From: Vicugna vicugna
Lineage: Eukaryota
Direction: 5' to 3'
DNA length: 64,000 nucleotides
Assembly (NCBI GenBank): GCA_013265495.1
Contig: MU058384.1
Location: forward strand, 2,295,690 to 2,359,689
Positions 13,876-27,085 of this stretch are shown here, piece after piece (the first letter of the stretch is position 1; every line of letters starts with the position of its first letter). The translations under genes and the position numbers were made by a program. Below the pieces are notes generated by a model, which had not been told where the DNA came from, ran no database searches, and saw only the letters and a list, made by a program, of their open reading frames with translations.

Positions 13876-14884
13876 CGCAGGCCCCATTGTCATCCTCACC
13901 CAGGCCTTGTCATTTTGGGGTCACGTTGTTTCTGCAGTCTCTTAAGGGTCTTCCCTCTTCAGTCATTCCGTGGTTCATCAAGTTCACTTGCACTTGTCTT
14001 CCAGATGAATGTTTTTAGAACAGACTTCTTAGTTGAAAACTCTTTACCTTTAAAATAAAGTCTGAAGTCTTGACATAAAAAGCACTTTCTAATGTACCAT
14101 ATGACCGCCTATGGTCAGCAGATGGGCTTCTTGGTTCCATCTCGTTGCTGACCAAGTCCCATCACTTGTTCTGGTTTCCTTTTCTGCAACGTGGGTGGAT
14201 TGTAATGCCCAGCTTCTGAGTTAGGTGATGATCAAATGAGGTGAATCTTCAAAAAAATTTTTTTCAAGCTGAAAGTCTTATAAAGATCTAACACTTTCAT
14301 TCATATTAATAAATGTCTAAGTTTGTCTCCTATTTTCTTTAGTGTTAACTGTGCCCCCCCCCGCCCCCCAGCTGGGCTAGTTTGTTTGTTACTGCTCCTT
14401 GACTCTAACTTGCTTATTTTTGCCCCTGCATGTTTTGTTTATGTCATATATAGAATCGGTAAGCAACTGGGTGAGCAATAGATTAAGACTGACATCTGCT
14501 CTGATAGGTCAGGGCCCCAAGTGTGGTGTCTCTGCTGAACTGAACATGTGAATGAGGCTCCTAGTTATATTCTATCCTGGAATGATCTGCCTTTTCCTCC
14601 CTGTCCGTCTAAAATGGTACCTGTATTTCTGGGCCGAGTTAAAAATCCCTTTCTTTCCAAATACCTCTCTTTTCTACTTAAATAATAGTAAAAATTAGAA
14701 AGTGGTTTGCTTTTCACGTTACGTATCTCTGAAGTCCAACTAAAAGACTGATTCCTTAAGAATGGAAGCTGCCTGTGCCATTTGAGATTCTTCACGTGTA
14801 CATACTCACAGATGCTCAGACAGAGATGCAAGTGTAGTATCCTTGGGTGAAGCTGGAAGAGTTGGAATTTTGAAGATTTTATGT

Positions 14885-14965
14885 TCTGGTGCTTGACACT
14901 GTGACACTTGGGCAAGTTACATCACCTCTACGCTGCAGTTTCCTCGTTTGAGACGTAGGTGAATG
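14885..14965 (+). mobile_element. MIR fragment
   Basis: ctgtgacacttgggcaagttacatcacctct...cagtttcctc. Confidence 0.7.
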
Positions 14966-17584
14966 AGATTACCTGATCTCTGGAATCCAAAGTAAAGAAA
15001 GAGGGTATTTATGTTCGTTTGTCTTTAAATGCCTAAGTCACTTCACGCATTGTGATGCTGTAAACTGACATCAGATAGAATGGACAAATCAGGTAAGAAT
15101 TTCTGGTGATTTCATTATATAGTATGACGTTGGTCATTGAATGCAGCTGACATTTCTGTATTCTGGATAATAAAGGGGAATTATATTTCCCTTGGAGTGT
15201 TGCTAAAAGTTGAGGCTGTCCATGCTGGCTTAATATTTGGCATGTGTCCATTATCATGAGTTCTTTCTTAGTGATCCTGAGTTTTTCATACAGTCTGTAA
15301 CGGAGGTATTAGAATGTTTTTCTGATTTCAGAGGAATACTTAAATATTAACTGTTAAAACTATAGACCTCCGTAGCTAATGAATTTTTTCATAGCCCAAT
15401 TCCCCAAGATGCAAATATAACTGAGAGTTTGGAAGATCACAGATATTTTTCGGTTTTCAATACTTCAGTGATATTTCCCTTTCTAAATTAACGTTCATGA
15501 GAGTATGGAAAGGATATGAAAGTAGAGAAGACAATGGACAAAATAAAAATACATTCCTTGAACAGGTAATTAAAGGGTCTGAAATTCTTTCTGTTAGCTG
15601 CTTTGCGTTTCGACTTACTTGGGATTTGGTGAGTGACTGAAATTCTAGAAGAGAACTGAAAACATTGTGGTTGACCAAACATTGACATTTTATCTGCCTT
15701 TTCTTTCCCTGATCTTTAGAATAATGTCTCAAGTATATGCATTTCCATTCAGTTCTTTCCAAGAGAAATTATATTGTGTTGAGTGATGGTCATGCTATCC
15801 TCCTTAATTTTTAATATACAGCAGAACAGACGCTTCACTTAGATGACTTTTGTATTATTTTACATGATGACATAACATATGAAAATCTAAAATTTTGATG
15901 TAGACTAGAAAGCAGTTCTTAGTGTTGAAGTTTTCCATTATTTCAGTCTGTTTTTTTTTTAAACAATGCCAGAAGTTGCTTCATTGTTTTTTTGACTCTT
16001 TTTTTCCTTTTATTTCCTATTGACCAGTTGTAGAAAGAAATATTCTTTTATTGCAGTGAGAAGGACATCGTTATATGGTAGAACATACCTTCTACTGGCC
16101 TACAAAAGGCTTTCAACTAAAAAATTAGTTGGGCTTGGAACTCTGTTTTTGGACTGTTGCAGGACTGTTTTTGGACTTGGAACTCTGAAGCAGCCCAGGA
16201 ATAGGCATTTTAAAATTCTCCTTTGGTTTTTCTTATTCTGCTGTGTTGTTAACTAAGGTCAGAAGTGGACTCTGCTTGCCCGTTCCTGCATTCAGAGCTC
16301 TGTCTGGGGTTGCATTTCTAGATCTTTGCCTCAGCTAAGGAATTGCCATATTTAAAGGAATGTTGACAGCAGTGGTAATGAGGGCTCCATGTTTTCCCAT
16401 GGAACGCAGTTCTGGAACACTAATGGTTGCAAATTGGAAGATGCAATTTGACATTTTAAAAAACTTGACAAAAATAATATTCTGTACATGTTAATGAAAG
16501 CATTCTTTTCATAGTAGTCATGTTGAGAGAGTATATATTTCATCCAGTGTTGTTGGTGTTGCTAAAAACATTGTTGAATTTTTAAAAAATTGAATCTGGA
16601 ATCTGTTAGCACATTTATATTTTTGGTTTGTATTCTTGTATTAGTTGTATGATTATATTCTTGTTGAAAAGATTCCAGGGTTTCCAGAATTTTATTTCCC
16701 ACATTCACTAGTCCTCCTCCCTTCTTCAGAGTTAATCACAGTCAACATTTTGGTGTCTGTCCTCACAGCCGCCTTCACATTGTTGAGTCATTCTCCTATG
16801 GATAGACATTTGGGGTGTTTTTCAATTTTTACCATTTTAAGCCACGATGCAGTGAAAATCCTTGTACCCACCTTGTTGTGGAGCAGTATTGGCATTATTG
16901 TGCAACTGTCCTTTGAGGAGTGTAGATTTTGTTTTTGGAAAATTTATGTGGCCAAAAAAAAAAATCTGGTGGTAAGGTGTGTGCTCAAGATCGTCAGGTG
17001 TTCCAATTTAGACATAAAGTGAGAGTTTCCAGACTTATGTCTGAAATAAATGTCTCAAGATCATATATTCAAAAGATGGTATTGATCTGAATATAGCAGT
17101 TCCTAGCGGGTGTGTGTGTATGTGTGTATGTAATTCATCTCCTTATTTTATAATCAGACATTCTATTAGATGTGGTGTTTGAGTTGTGTTTGATGATAAC
17201 AGATGATTTTCCCGAATCTATAGTTAAATAAACATATTTTGATCCATCGTTGCCTTTTACCCCCCAAATTGGAATCGCTGCCATTTCTAACCGCATGACC
17301 TTTCCTGCAGTTTGTCAATCTGGCTGAATCTACTGACTCTTCCAAGGAGGTGGTGGTTGAGCTGTGGGGTGTCCTGTTCCCCATTCCCCATGCCTCCCCT
17401 CTCTCCCCATTCTCACGGCACTCTGTATCCACTCATCTCAGAGCATCTGCACGTCATGTCGTGTTCCTTCTTTACTGTGTGTGTCCTTGCAGATCACGTG
17501 CCTTGAGAGCTGGCACTGCTTTACAGATGGTTTCATCCCCAGCTTGACACTGTGTGTGTTAAACACTGAATGACTGAATACAGT

Positions 17585-18350
17585 AGAGAGAGCCTGGGGC
17601 TTACATTGGGAGGGACTTGGTCCTTCAGTGGAAAAACTTGGTGCTGAGCTCAGTGGGGGATGGAGGAACTAATGGTGTTTGAGTAGAGAGGTGGTAGGAT
17701 TATACCTGTCATTAAGGAGATTCAGTGTTGTAATGTTTGTGATGAAATAGGAAACTGAGACAGGAGTTGAAAAATAAGGGTAAGGTTATAATGGAGTCTG
17801 GCTTGTATCTGTGAAATGCTAATAGAGAAAAAAAGGAGACAATATTTTGGGATAGAATTTGTCATAATGATAGCTGACTGGGTCCAACATTCATTGATTC
17901 ATTCACCTGCTCGTAGGTGTGATGTGCCAGGCAGTGGGTTAGGCATGGGTGGTAAGGGGCAAAGGACAGGCCTGCTGAACAGGTTTGGAGAGTAGGTGAC
18001 CTGTAGCATGGTGATGCCAGTCCAGACATTGCAAAGCCAGGAAGAAGTAACTGGTTCTGTTGGACAGCCTTGTTAGCTTTTTGACTTGTAGGGTTCAAGC
18101 TGCAGAGGAATATTCAGCAGAATACTGTTGGCAATGTGAGTTCTTTTGAAATGGATTCTGGGTTTAATCTGCATGGAGGTGATACTTGAAGCCACAGAGA
18201 TAAAATGTTGCAAAGAATTAGATTCTGTGTTCTTAGAAGGTTAAGTTGCTCTCTGTTGCGACATGGTGCAGAAGCTAAGGATTTCGAAAGCCCTCCTCCT
18301 CTCACGGTAGGTCAGTAGAGAGGAGGCCTGAGAAATAAACACTGAATTTA
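17585..18350 (-). mobile_element. Degenerate L2 fragments
   Basis: Purine-rich tract; cattcattgattcattc...tgtgccaggcagtgggttagg. Confidence 0.5.
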
Positions 18351-18371
18351 GGTGAAAGAAAAGAGACGATG

Positions 18372-18855
18372 ATTTATACAATGGAATACTACTCAGCCAT
18401 AAAAACCGACAACATAATGCCATTTGCAGCAACATGGATGCTCCTAGAGAATGTCATTCTAAGTGAAGTAAGCCAGAAAGAGAAAGAAAAATACCATATG
18501 AGATCGCTCATATGTGGAATCTAAAAAACAAAAACAAACAAACAAACAAAAACAAAGCATAAATACAGGACAGAAATGGACTCATGGACAGAGAATACAG
18601 ACTTGTGGTTACCGGGGGGGAGGCGGGGTAGAGGGTGGGAAGGGATAGACTGGGATTTCAAAATTGTAGAACAGATAAACAAGATTACACTGTATAGCAC
18701 AGGGAAATATACACAAAATGTTATGATAAATCACAGAGAAAAAAATGTGACAATGAGTGTGTATATGTCCATGTATGACTGAAAAATTGTACTGAACACT
18801 GGAATTTGACACAACACTGTAAAATGATTATGAATCAATAAAAATGTAAAAAAAA
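18372..18855 (+). mobile_element. Young 5'-truncated LINE-1 (last ~50 ORF2 codons, 3' UTR and poly(A)), same family as the 48-kb element
   Basis: 13-bp TSD aaaagagacgatg at 18359-18371 and 18856-18868; ORF2 stop at 18522-18524; AATAAA at 18837-18842. Nearly identical to the reverse complement of 48027-48507. Confidence 0.96.
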
Positions 18856-18958
18856 AAAAGAGACGATGGAAAATCGATAAAATGAATGAGGATGAGGGGC
18901 CGAAGAACTCCTAATTTTATTGTGTCTGTCTCTTACTGTACTTTTCTGACTTGGCTTT

Positions 18959-19399
18959 TGTGGTAGTTAATTTTATGTGTCAACTTTGCACCTGTGGTGC
19001 CCAGGTGTTTGGTCAAACACCAGTCAGGATGTTACTGTGGAGATATTTCTCAGATGAGAATAACGTTTAAATCAGTAGACTTTTGAGTACAGCTGGGTTC
19101 CCTCCATGATGTGTTTGAAAGTTCTCATGCTATCAGTTGAAGGTCTTAAGATAAAAAGACTGAGGTCCCCAGTGGAAGGGGCAGTTCTTTGTCCAGCCTG
19201 CGCTATCAGCTCTTCCCTAGGCTTCCAACCTGCCAGTTTGCCCTGCAGATTTCAGACCTGCTAGCCCCAACACTTGCATGAACCAATTCCTTAAAATAAA
19301 TCTCTCTCTAGATAGACGGATGGACACGCGCACATGTGCCCACACACACACACACACACCCTATTGCTTCTGTTTCTTTGGAGAACCCTCACTAATACA
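18959..19399 (+). mobile_element. Solo LTR, MLT2-like (ERVL)
   Basis: TG...CA ends; gttaattttatgtgtcaact, tttggtcaaacacc, aaccaattccttaaaataaatctctc, ttctgtttctttggagaaccctcactaataca; 5-bp flanks gcttt/gattt. Confidence 0.88.
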
Positions 19400-19999
19400 G
19401 ATTTCAGCATAACTAGATCAAGCTGTATTTTCTATTTATTGAGGTTGTTTAGCATTTAGCTTCATCCTGAAGTTTTGAGTCCTTTGACAGATAATTCTCC
19501 ACTTCTCAGGGCAGTTTTCGATTCCACTCTTGCTCAGTTCGGAGTCTGTGTGTGCCTCTCTTGAGCCTCACGTTACTGTAATTTTAGGCATGTGTGCCTG
19601 TTTCCCCAAATGAATCTGCGAGCTTCCTGCAACCTAGGACTTGCTCCTACTAGCTTGTGTTGCTAGTCAGCTAGTTGGCTGAATTTGTCACTGTATTTCT
19701 GTTGAAGGAAAGAGTTTAGCTCTGACTGATACTGGAAAGAACTTGAAAGGAAATGCACTAAAATGAACAGTAAGTGTGACCAGAAAGAACCAGAGAGGCT
19801 GGCAAACACATTGACAGCATCTTCTGGGTCATAGTCTGGTACTGGATGGCCAGTGTGAAATGTATCTTGGTCGCTTGGATACCACAGCGAACTATTTCCT
19901 AATAAGTATTTTTTTGTTTTTCAATTTGCCAAATATTTATTCAGATGTGACTTTACCAGTCATGGCCAGATAAAGCTGGACTTTAAAATAGTTCTTAGA

Positions 20000-20535
20000 G
20001 ACATTTTCAAGGAAACATAGAAGCATCAAGAAAGAAAAAGAAATGCTTATAACCTCATCACCCCCACAAAAAAATGAACATTTCTTGTATAGACTGACCT
20101 AGAACTTTTAATATACTCAGCTATATGCAGTGATAGTGTATTGCACATGCTGTTTTGTTACTTGCTCTTTTTTCATGACATCTTTTGCTCTTATTAACTA
20201 TACATTATTTTAATACCTGCATAGTCTTCCATCACGGGGAAATATATATTACTTAATCCATCCCCTTATTACTGGACATTTAATCTCTCTCTCTTCTCCC
20301 CTTCCTTTTCGCCCTCCTCCTCCTATTTTAAACATGGGCTCAGTGAACGTATTTGCACGTATATCTTTGTATATTTGGCCATTATTTCCTTAGAATGAAT
20401 TGTTAGAAGTAGAATCTCTGGGTTACTGGTAGCCAGCTGTATTTTTAAAGGAGGTTTTTGTTATGTTACATAAGTTCCCTCCAGAAATGTTTTACAAATA
20501 TATATTAATTCCAGTGGTGTAGGAGAGTTCCATGA
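20000..20535 (-). mobile_element. Ancient L1ME-like 3' fragment
   Basis: ttaatccatccccttattactggacatttaa...attatttccttagaatgaattgttagaagtagaat. Confidence 0.65.
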
Positions 20536-22683
20536 AAGGTGTTCTTAAGCCATGTACAGGCATGTGACTGATTTGGGGTTTTCTTCCCCCACTTCTAGGA
20601 GAGGTTGCTTTTTCTTAAGTCTTGAATATTCTGCATAAGATCTTGTTCAACCTGTTAAGCCTATTAGTGATTCTACTAGGATGTGTTAATAATCATCATA
20701 TACCCATGCTTGTTTGAACAAAATGCTCAAGCATCCAAAATATGAGTAGCCAGTCTTGCAGCATTCGTGAGTGACTCACTTGTTTGTTTGAAATGAGAAA
20801 AGATGGGAGGAGAAGAGTCAAATGACTATGAATCTCCATTGAAGGAACCATAATATAGTACATAAGACTAAGGACTGTCCCCAACCCCAAGCCTGGGGGG
20901 ATGGAGAATAGTACATCAGATCATGGTATGTTGTCATAAAATTCCAAACAATGACAAATGAAACAACTATCAGTTCAAAACAATGGTTTCCCAAAGACCA
21001 GGATCGTAACATCTCTGTTAGTACCTTAGTGTGTCTCTCTGGTAAGAAAAGAGTAATATTGTGACCTCAAATTGAATTTTTCTTACATGGATTATGATTA
21101 AACTATACTTGTAACATTACTTAATGATAATCTGGAAAACTTTGAGATCAGAAAAAAAAAACTATGAAAGCTATGGTACTTACTCCTATTTTTGTTTTTC
21201 ATAAAGTTATATTTATTTAACATAAAGGACTGTCATTTATTTTAAGATCTTTTTTTGAAAAACAGGCTTATTCTAGGAATAAATTTGTTTTCTCCTTGAA
21301 ATTACTTGATTCTTTTTCCTACCTAGATTTAATTCTTTCTCCATGTAGCTCAGGGACATTCTAGAAACTTCAAATTTCTAGCCAGAAAATTAAGACATGA
21401 TTTCATAAGATCAGTCCTGGTTTTTCTTACCACTGTTCACTGCAGTTAACACATGTAATAAAAGGCAAATTTATAATATGGGAAATGAAATTTAAATTTT
21501 CGCATGTTTAACCATTTTAATTTTTGGTTAAACATCATTAAACAATTATTGGAATTTTGAAAATATGTGGATAAATTTAAAGTAGTTCCCATGGTGTTTA
21601 TAAATTAAGAGGTTATGTGCGAATGAATAAGTCTGCCATTCTGAGTCTCTGGTTGGGGTTCTGTATTTTTCTTTCCCAGAGTTCCAGGAAGGAATACTTC
21701 TTAAAGACATTTCTGTGTAATCAAGTTTATGCATTTGATTCCTTAAATATTCGAGTGGAAGTACTAAGATGCACATCAGCCTGAAATTTTCTGTGCTCAG
21801 ACTCAAGTTGTAGATCCTTGAAACCTTAAATGTTCCAGCACTGTCTAATTAAGGGGTAGAGGAAATGTAAAAAGGGAACAAGTGATTTAAAGCATAGTCC
21901 CCATCCTGAGTGTGCTGCCTCAGGAGGGGAATTACGCGGGTGTGGTTCCCGCTGCTAGTTCGAGTTAAAACTGCTGGGTAAAACCCCTGGGAGTCTGGAG
22001 TCTTCAGTCATGCAGACTTTTTACATAAGATGTCGTATTTTGAATCAGCAAAGGAATAAGGAAAATGTGAGGTATTATGTAAAAGAAGGGTATTATACAA
22101 GTGAAGTATTTTGGAAAGGGTGTGGTTGGGGAAAATGGCTCTCGCTCAGTTAACCTGCTATGTACCTGGCTGATTTAAGATTATATTCAATTAACATAAT
22201 AAGTAAAAGTGTTATGATGTATTTTGAACGCTGGGTTTTTGTGTAATTCTTCTGTCTTTAAATCATCAGTGAGTCAGTTGCTGGATGTGAGAGCGTCATT
22301 CTCTCAACTCCGGATCCATAATTTTGTGGGAGATACCCAAGATTATCTTGGCTTCTCTTTGGTTGTCGAGCAATGTTTTCCTTCACAGCCACCATTCAGA
22401 AATGTCTTAAATTTATTTATACTTTCACTGGTGGTCAGGAGACGTATGAGAGTGATTTCAAGCTACTTCCCTGTTCTGTTTCCCTTTGTCAGTGTGTAAA
22501 TGTTGAGGACGGACTCCGGGCCTGTCTTGCTCTGAGTGTAGCTGTAGACCTAAGATGTATGTGAGGACAAGGGTACACCTGTAAATAGAAAAGAGAGAGG
22601 ACATTCCAAAGTTCTCCTTCCTGCTGGCTGCATGAAACTCTCTTGTCACTAGAGTAGATTTTGTCAAATTAACTTGAAATTCT

Positions 22684-22830
22684 TTCTTTTTTAAATTGAA
22701 GTATGGTCAATCACAGTGTGTCAGTTTCCGGTGTACAGCACACTGTCCCAGTCATGTGTAGACATATATACATTTCCATGTTTTTTTTTATTAAAGATAC
22801 TGAACATAGTTCTCTGTGCTATACAGAGGA
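22684..22830 (-). mobile_element. Cetartiodactyl-type L1 3' end fragment
   Basis: attgaagtatggtcaat...ggtgtacagca...ctgtgctatacag. Degenerate TSD aacttgaaattct (22671-22683) / accttaaaattct (22831-22843). Confidence 0.85.
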
Positions 22831-23013
22831 ACCTTAAAATTCTCTTAATTCCAATTTAAAGTTACAAGGACTTGTACAGACCATGATAGAACTCAGTGAC
22901 AGCCAGCGGCTTCAGTTTTAGGAGGTGACTGTAGGTAGCAAAACATTTTTGCCAAGGTATTTTTATGCTTGCTGTATTAGATTCTCTTTCTTAAATGATA
23001 TGTTCAGGAGTTG

Positions 23014-23014
<1 letters not shown>

Positions 23015-23044
<30 letters not shown>

Positions 23045-23100
23045 TGTTTTAAAGCCTTTTTTTTTTTTTTTTTTTTTGATTTTTTTTTTTTTTTTTTTTT
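23015..23100. repeat. Compound homopolymer T25-17 nt-T21-GA-T21
   Basis: Read directly from the sequence. Confidence 0.95.
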
Positions 23101-24160
23101 GGCAGTTTTCTCATTGAAATTATTTGTAGACTTTTTCTTTACCTAGATTTCCAGATAGTTTGGGGGCATTTTAGAAACTTCCAACTTCCACATAGAAATT
23201 AAAGACATTCTTTCATAGAGACAGGGTGGATCAGCCTCAGTGTTTCTTATCTTTCTCTATGTGTTACCAAATGTAGTAAGAGATAAACCTTCTTGCATTA
23301 GAAATACAAGAATGAAAACTAAATTTTCTCATGTTTGGTAATTTGTATTATTTTAAAAAATTAAGCATTGGTTTTAGTCCTGACATTATGCCAGGAGCTA
23401 CAGTGCTAGCAGGGCATTGGCCCTTGTTGGGTGGCATCATTTTCTTTCTTTCCTTTTTTTTAAATTGAAATTCTTTTAAAAATGTTTATACAAATTTTAA
23501 AGGTTACTTTCCACTTACAGTTGTTACAGAAGAGTGGAGTGATTTTCTTAACCCTCTTTATAAGGAGTCGTCTTTGGCCCCGAGTGTCTAATGTTATCCA
23601 AGGCCTCTGATAATTTGCTTATAAAACTTTTCTGAAAATGTATATGAACTCCTTCTAAAAATTATGGAATAGGTAATTAAAATGTCAATAAAAAACCCCA
23701 AAAACTGCAGTTCTGTAAACTGTGGTTTTCTGACAACAAAACCTGTGTTGATTTTTTTTTTTTTCAGGCACCTTGATGTAGATGCCTTGCTGTTGCTGTT
23801 TGGTTGTAAATCATGCAGCCTTCTCAGAAGCACTCATTAGTGAGTGTGATTGCCCAGTTATGCATGAGTATGGTCAGCGTGCAAATCCAGTTCAAACAGT
23901 AGAACAGCACCTGTGAGCTAAAATGGAAAAGAGCCTGTGTGTATGTGTGCTTACAGGGTGGAGGACAGTGCATACAGACTGAAGCAATAGTAAGTCAGCC
24001 TGAAATCCTCTATAAATGAGAATTGTTACAGCTGATAAATGTGGAAATGGGTAATTAAAACACGGTATGGAAGGAAACGTGATGTTTTCCTTAGAATTGT
24101 TCTCAGGACAGTTTGTGGTGTTGAGAGCCTGCCTCAGGTTCCTTATTGATGTTTTCTTAG

Positions 24161-24285
24161 CTGGCTGATTAGGATGTGCTACTGACGTGATCTACAGCGT
24201 ACTCAACTCCAAAAGAAGTTGCCAAGAGAGGGAGGCCTTGGCATATACCAGTCCAGATCAGAAGAAATGCTGGTTCTATTTTGGA
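24161..24285 (+). other. Candidate non-coding/5' UTR exon (125 nt)
   Basis: Acceptor gttttcttag and donor GGA|gtgagt; stops in all three frames near its start. Confidence 0.25.
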
Positions 24286-24494
24286 GTGAGTGGCAGAAGC
24301 GGATCACCAGTGCCTGTGTGTATCAGTCAGCACAGCGGGCACGGGCTCCTTCCTCTGCCAGCGCTCCTCCTTTATGTGTGGTTTTATCCCCTGGACCAGA
24401 GCTTCCGTTCCCCCATATAATTCTCGACACTCTTACAGTCTCAGCCACAGGATTCAGTGCTGAGGGTGTGGCTGATCTCTGCCCCCATAGATAC

Positions 24495-24955
24495 CATATC
24501 ACTAGGAGGGTTTTTGGCTGCAGCTGAAAACCCCTCCACTGGGGTAAACAGATGTTTATTTTTCTCAGGTAGCAGAAGGTCGGGCAGGTAGGCAGTCTGG
24601 GGTCACGCAGCTGCTCACCACAGCTATTAAGGACGAGGCTCTTTCTGTTTTGGGGGCCCATCTTGGCCATGGGGTTTCCTCCTTACAGTCACAAGTTGGC
24701 TGCTGCATCTCCAGGACTTACAGCAGAAAGGAGAGCAAAGAGGGGAAGGCTTTCTCCCAGTCCTTTTTGGGGATGTAACCTCTGGCGACTTTTGCCTACA
24801 TCACGTTGATGAGAACTGCGTTTGTCCACCGCCAGCTGCAAGGGGGTCTTCTTGCATTTTTATCTGGGCATGTGGCTGCCCTGGAAGGCAGTTGGTGCTG
24901 TGTTAGTAAGAAGGAGAGAATGGGTCTGGATTGGCACTGGATTGTGTGCCCCAGA
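24495..24955 (-). mobile_element. Old MaLR LTR (MLT1K/L-like)
   Basis: cagtcacaagttggctgctgcatctccagg, ccagctgcaagggg, ctgtgttagtaagaaggagagaatgg. Confidence 0.7.
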
Positions 24956-26026
24956 ATGCTATTATTATTCTGCTGATTTTATTTGGATATAATCCTTTTG
25001 AATAATTGCTCACATAAGATGATAGTACATCATGTGGCTTTGCTTAATTCTTTTAGTATCAAAGTTACTAAAGTTATTAAAATGGAAAAAACTTAGTATT
25101 CATTATAGTAGAAAGAAAAGGCCAATTGTACTTTTGTGTTCAACTATTGTGATTGAGTATGATCCATTTTTTTCTCTGACTTATCTCGAAACTATAAGCT
25201 AGTTAAAACTCATGCCGACTTAGGTATATGGTTTCACAGAATAAAAAAAAAATCATCATTGAACAGCCTCTTACTAAGCAATAGCTTTTCAAGGGAGAGT
25301 GGAGAGTGACCAGTGGATTGGACCTGGCCTCTGGCCTCACAGAGCTTCTGGTCTGGAGAAGCAGGCGGGGAGACCAGCTGCTCCCTAGAATAAAAGAGAG
25401 CATGAAATACAGGCTGGATATGGAGGTTAGAGTAATATTTTTACAGGTTTTATGGGAAGAGGGCGACAGTGTGGATTTGAAACACTAAGTAATGTTAGTG
25501 TTTCATTTCCACATTTTAATTGTCTTTTTATGTGTGTTTAATTACCACACTAAAGAAAGATCTTGTCTCTTTAATAAGAAAGGAATAGGACTTTTGTGAC
25601 TCAAGCGTGTCATTAGAAACATGTGCATTTCTCTTGGTCTCTTCCCTTCCCTGTTTTATAGATTGCTCCTAGGCTCTGCTCAAACCTAGTTCTCAAAACA
25701 GCCATGTAAGATGTGTGAATATATTATGGAGTTTAGTTCCCCCAAATAAAATATTGTTAACCGAATAAAATTAAACCACGAATACAGAAAAAAATTTTTT
25801 CTTTTTAAAAATCAAACAATATTGGGGCTCATAGAGCAGAATCTGTAAATCTCTTCGCAAGTCTCCAAATTGAATACATTCACGTGCACACACACTGATG
25901 TGGTTGATTTATTTTCATGTAGTTACAGTCATACTATATGTATGGTTCTGTAACGTGCTTTCTTTTATTTTTTTTTTCTTGTAACATCTTTTTTTTTTTA
26001 TTCTATTCTCTGCAGTACACATGGAA

Positions 26027-26150
26027 TAGTGGTTTTCTCAATTAAGAATGATACCACACTCCCCTAGGGAGTATTTTTAAATTTGTAGGGGCTGTTGATG
26101 ACAAAAATATCCTACCCAGACTGCCAATAGCATCCCGTTGAGAAGCAGTG
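26027..26150. mobile_element. MER20-like hAT MITE fragment
   Basis: agtggtttttctcaa ... gttgagaagcagtg termini (imperfect TIR). Confidence 0.55.
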
Positions 26151-26751
26151 ATAGGGAAACACCTCGCCTTTTTCACATTTCTTTATATAACTAAAAAATG
26201 TGATTATACCATAAATATTTCCTCACCGATGGGCAGTGTCTTTAAACATATACGTGTCTCTGTGCATCCCTGAGAGCCTGGCACAAATTACTAGAAGAAT
26301 TGCTGGGTCCGGAGGGTATGCGTGTTTAAAATTTAGTTATGGGCTCTCCCAAATTACTCTCCCAAACGGCTGTACAAAATTACAGTCCTGATAACAGCAT
26401 GCACACACTTTCCCACATCCTCTTCAGCACTAGGTATTATCAGTTAAAATGTCCTGCCTACATAATGAGAAAAAAAATAGTTGTGTTTAAGTTTCCATTT
26501 TCCTGTCCAAACTCCTGTTGTAGAGTACTTGCAATGCAGTGATAAGCGACCGATTTGCTTTTAGGGAAGTGTGGTTAGCGCTCATCCACTCTGGATGTCC
26601 CGTGGCCTGTTTCATTCATCTTTCAGAAAGAGTCCTGTTTATCAGTCACCTCTTTGGAGTGTCTCTTTTCTCTCGTCTTCTGGGAATGTCATGCTGACAC
26701 TGATCGACACAGGAGTGATTTTTATGAAGAACTACAGAATTGGTATTTGTA

Positions 26752-27085
26752 TAGAGTTTTCCAAACTCTGGTTGCTGACCAATTAGTGGGTTGTGAAAAC
26801 CAAATTAGGGCTCGTGAGCAATATAAAAAAGAAATAGACTGTACACCCAAAACTAATACAACCTTGTAAATTACTTATACTGCAATTTAAAAAAAAGATT
26901 AAAAAATAGAATAGAAAATATTGAAGGGTCTCATAAATAGTAAAGGTAAGGTGTGTTTCATGAAACTTACTGAATATGTATTCTAGTGTGTTTTAAATAT
27001 ACCTGTGTTTAAATACATGTATATATGCAGATTTAATATTGTGAGTGCTGTACTGTAATGTAAAATATCACTGTGGGTTGAGGAT
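26752..27085. mobile_element. hAT-Charlie-type MITE with a short L1 tail inserted at about 26838-26903
   Basis: tttccaaact...gaccaattagtgggttgtgaaa...aatagaaaatat...tttcatgaaactt...tgtaaaat...ctgtgggt. The insert ctgtacacccaaaactaatacaac.ttgtaaat plus A tail is flanked by aaataga. Confidence 0.6.

Noticed and set aside
18609..18812. Repeated MSNSSVQ/EH peptides at 18.6, 33.2 and 48.1 kb as a small gene family
   Set aside because: All are antisense translations of the L1 3' UTR.
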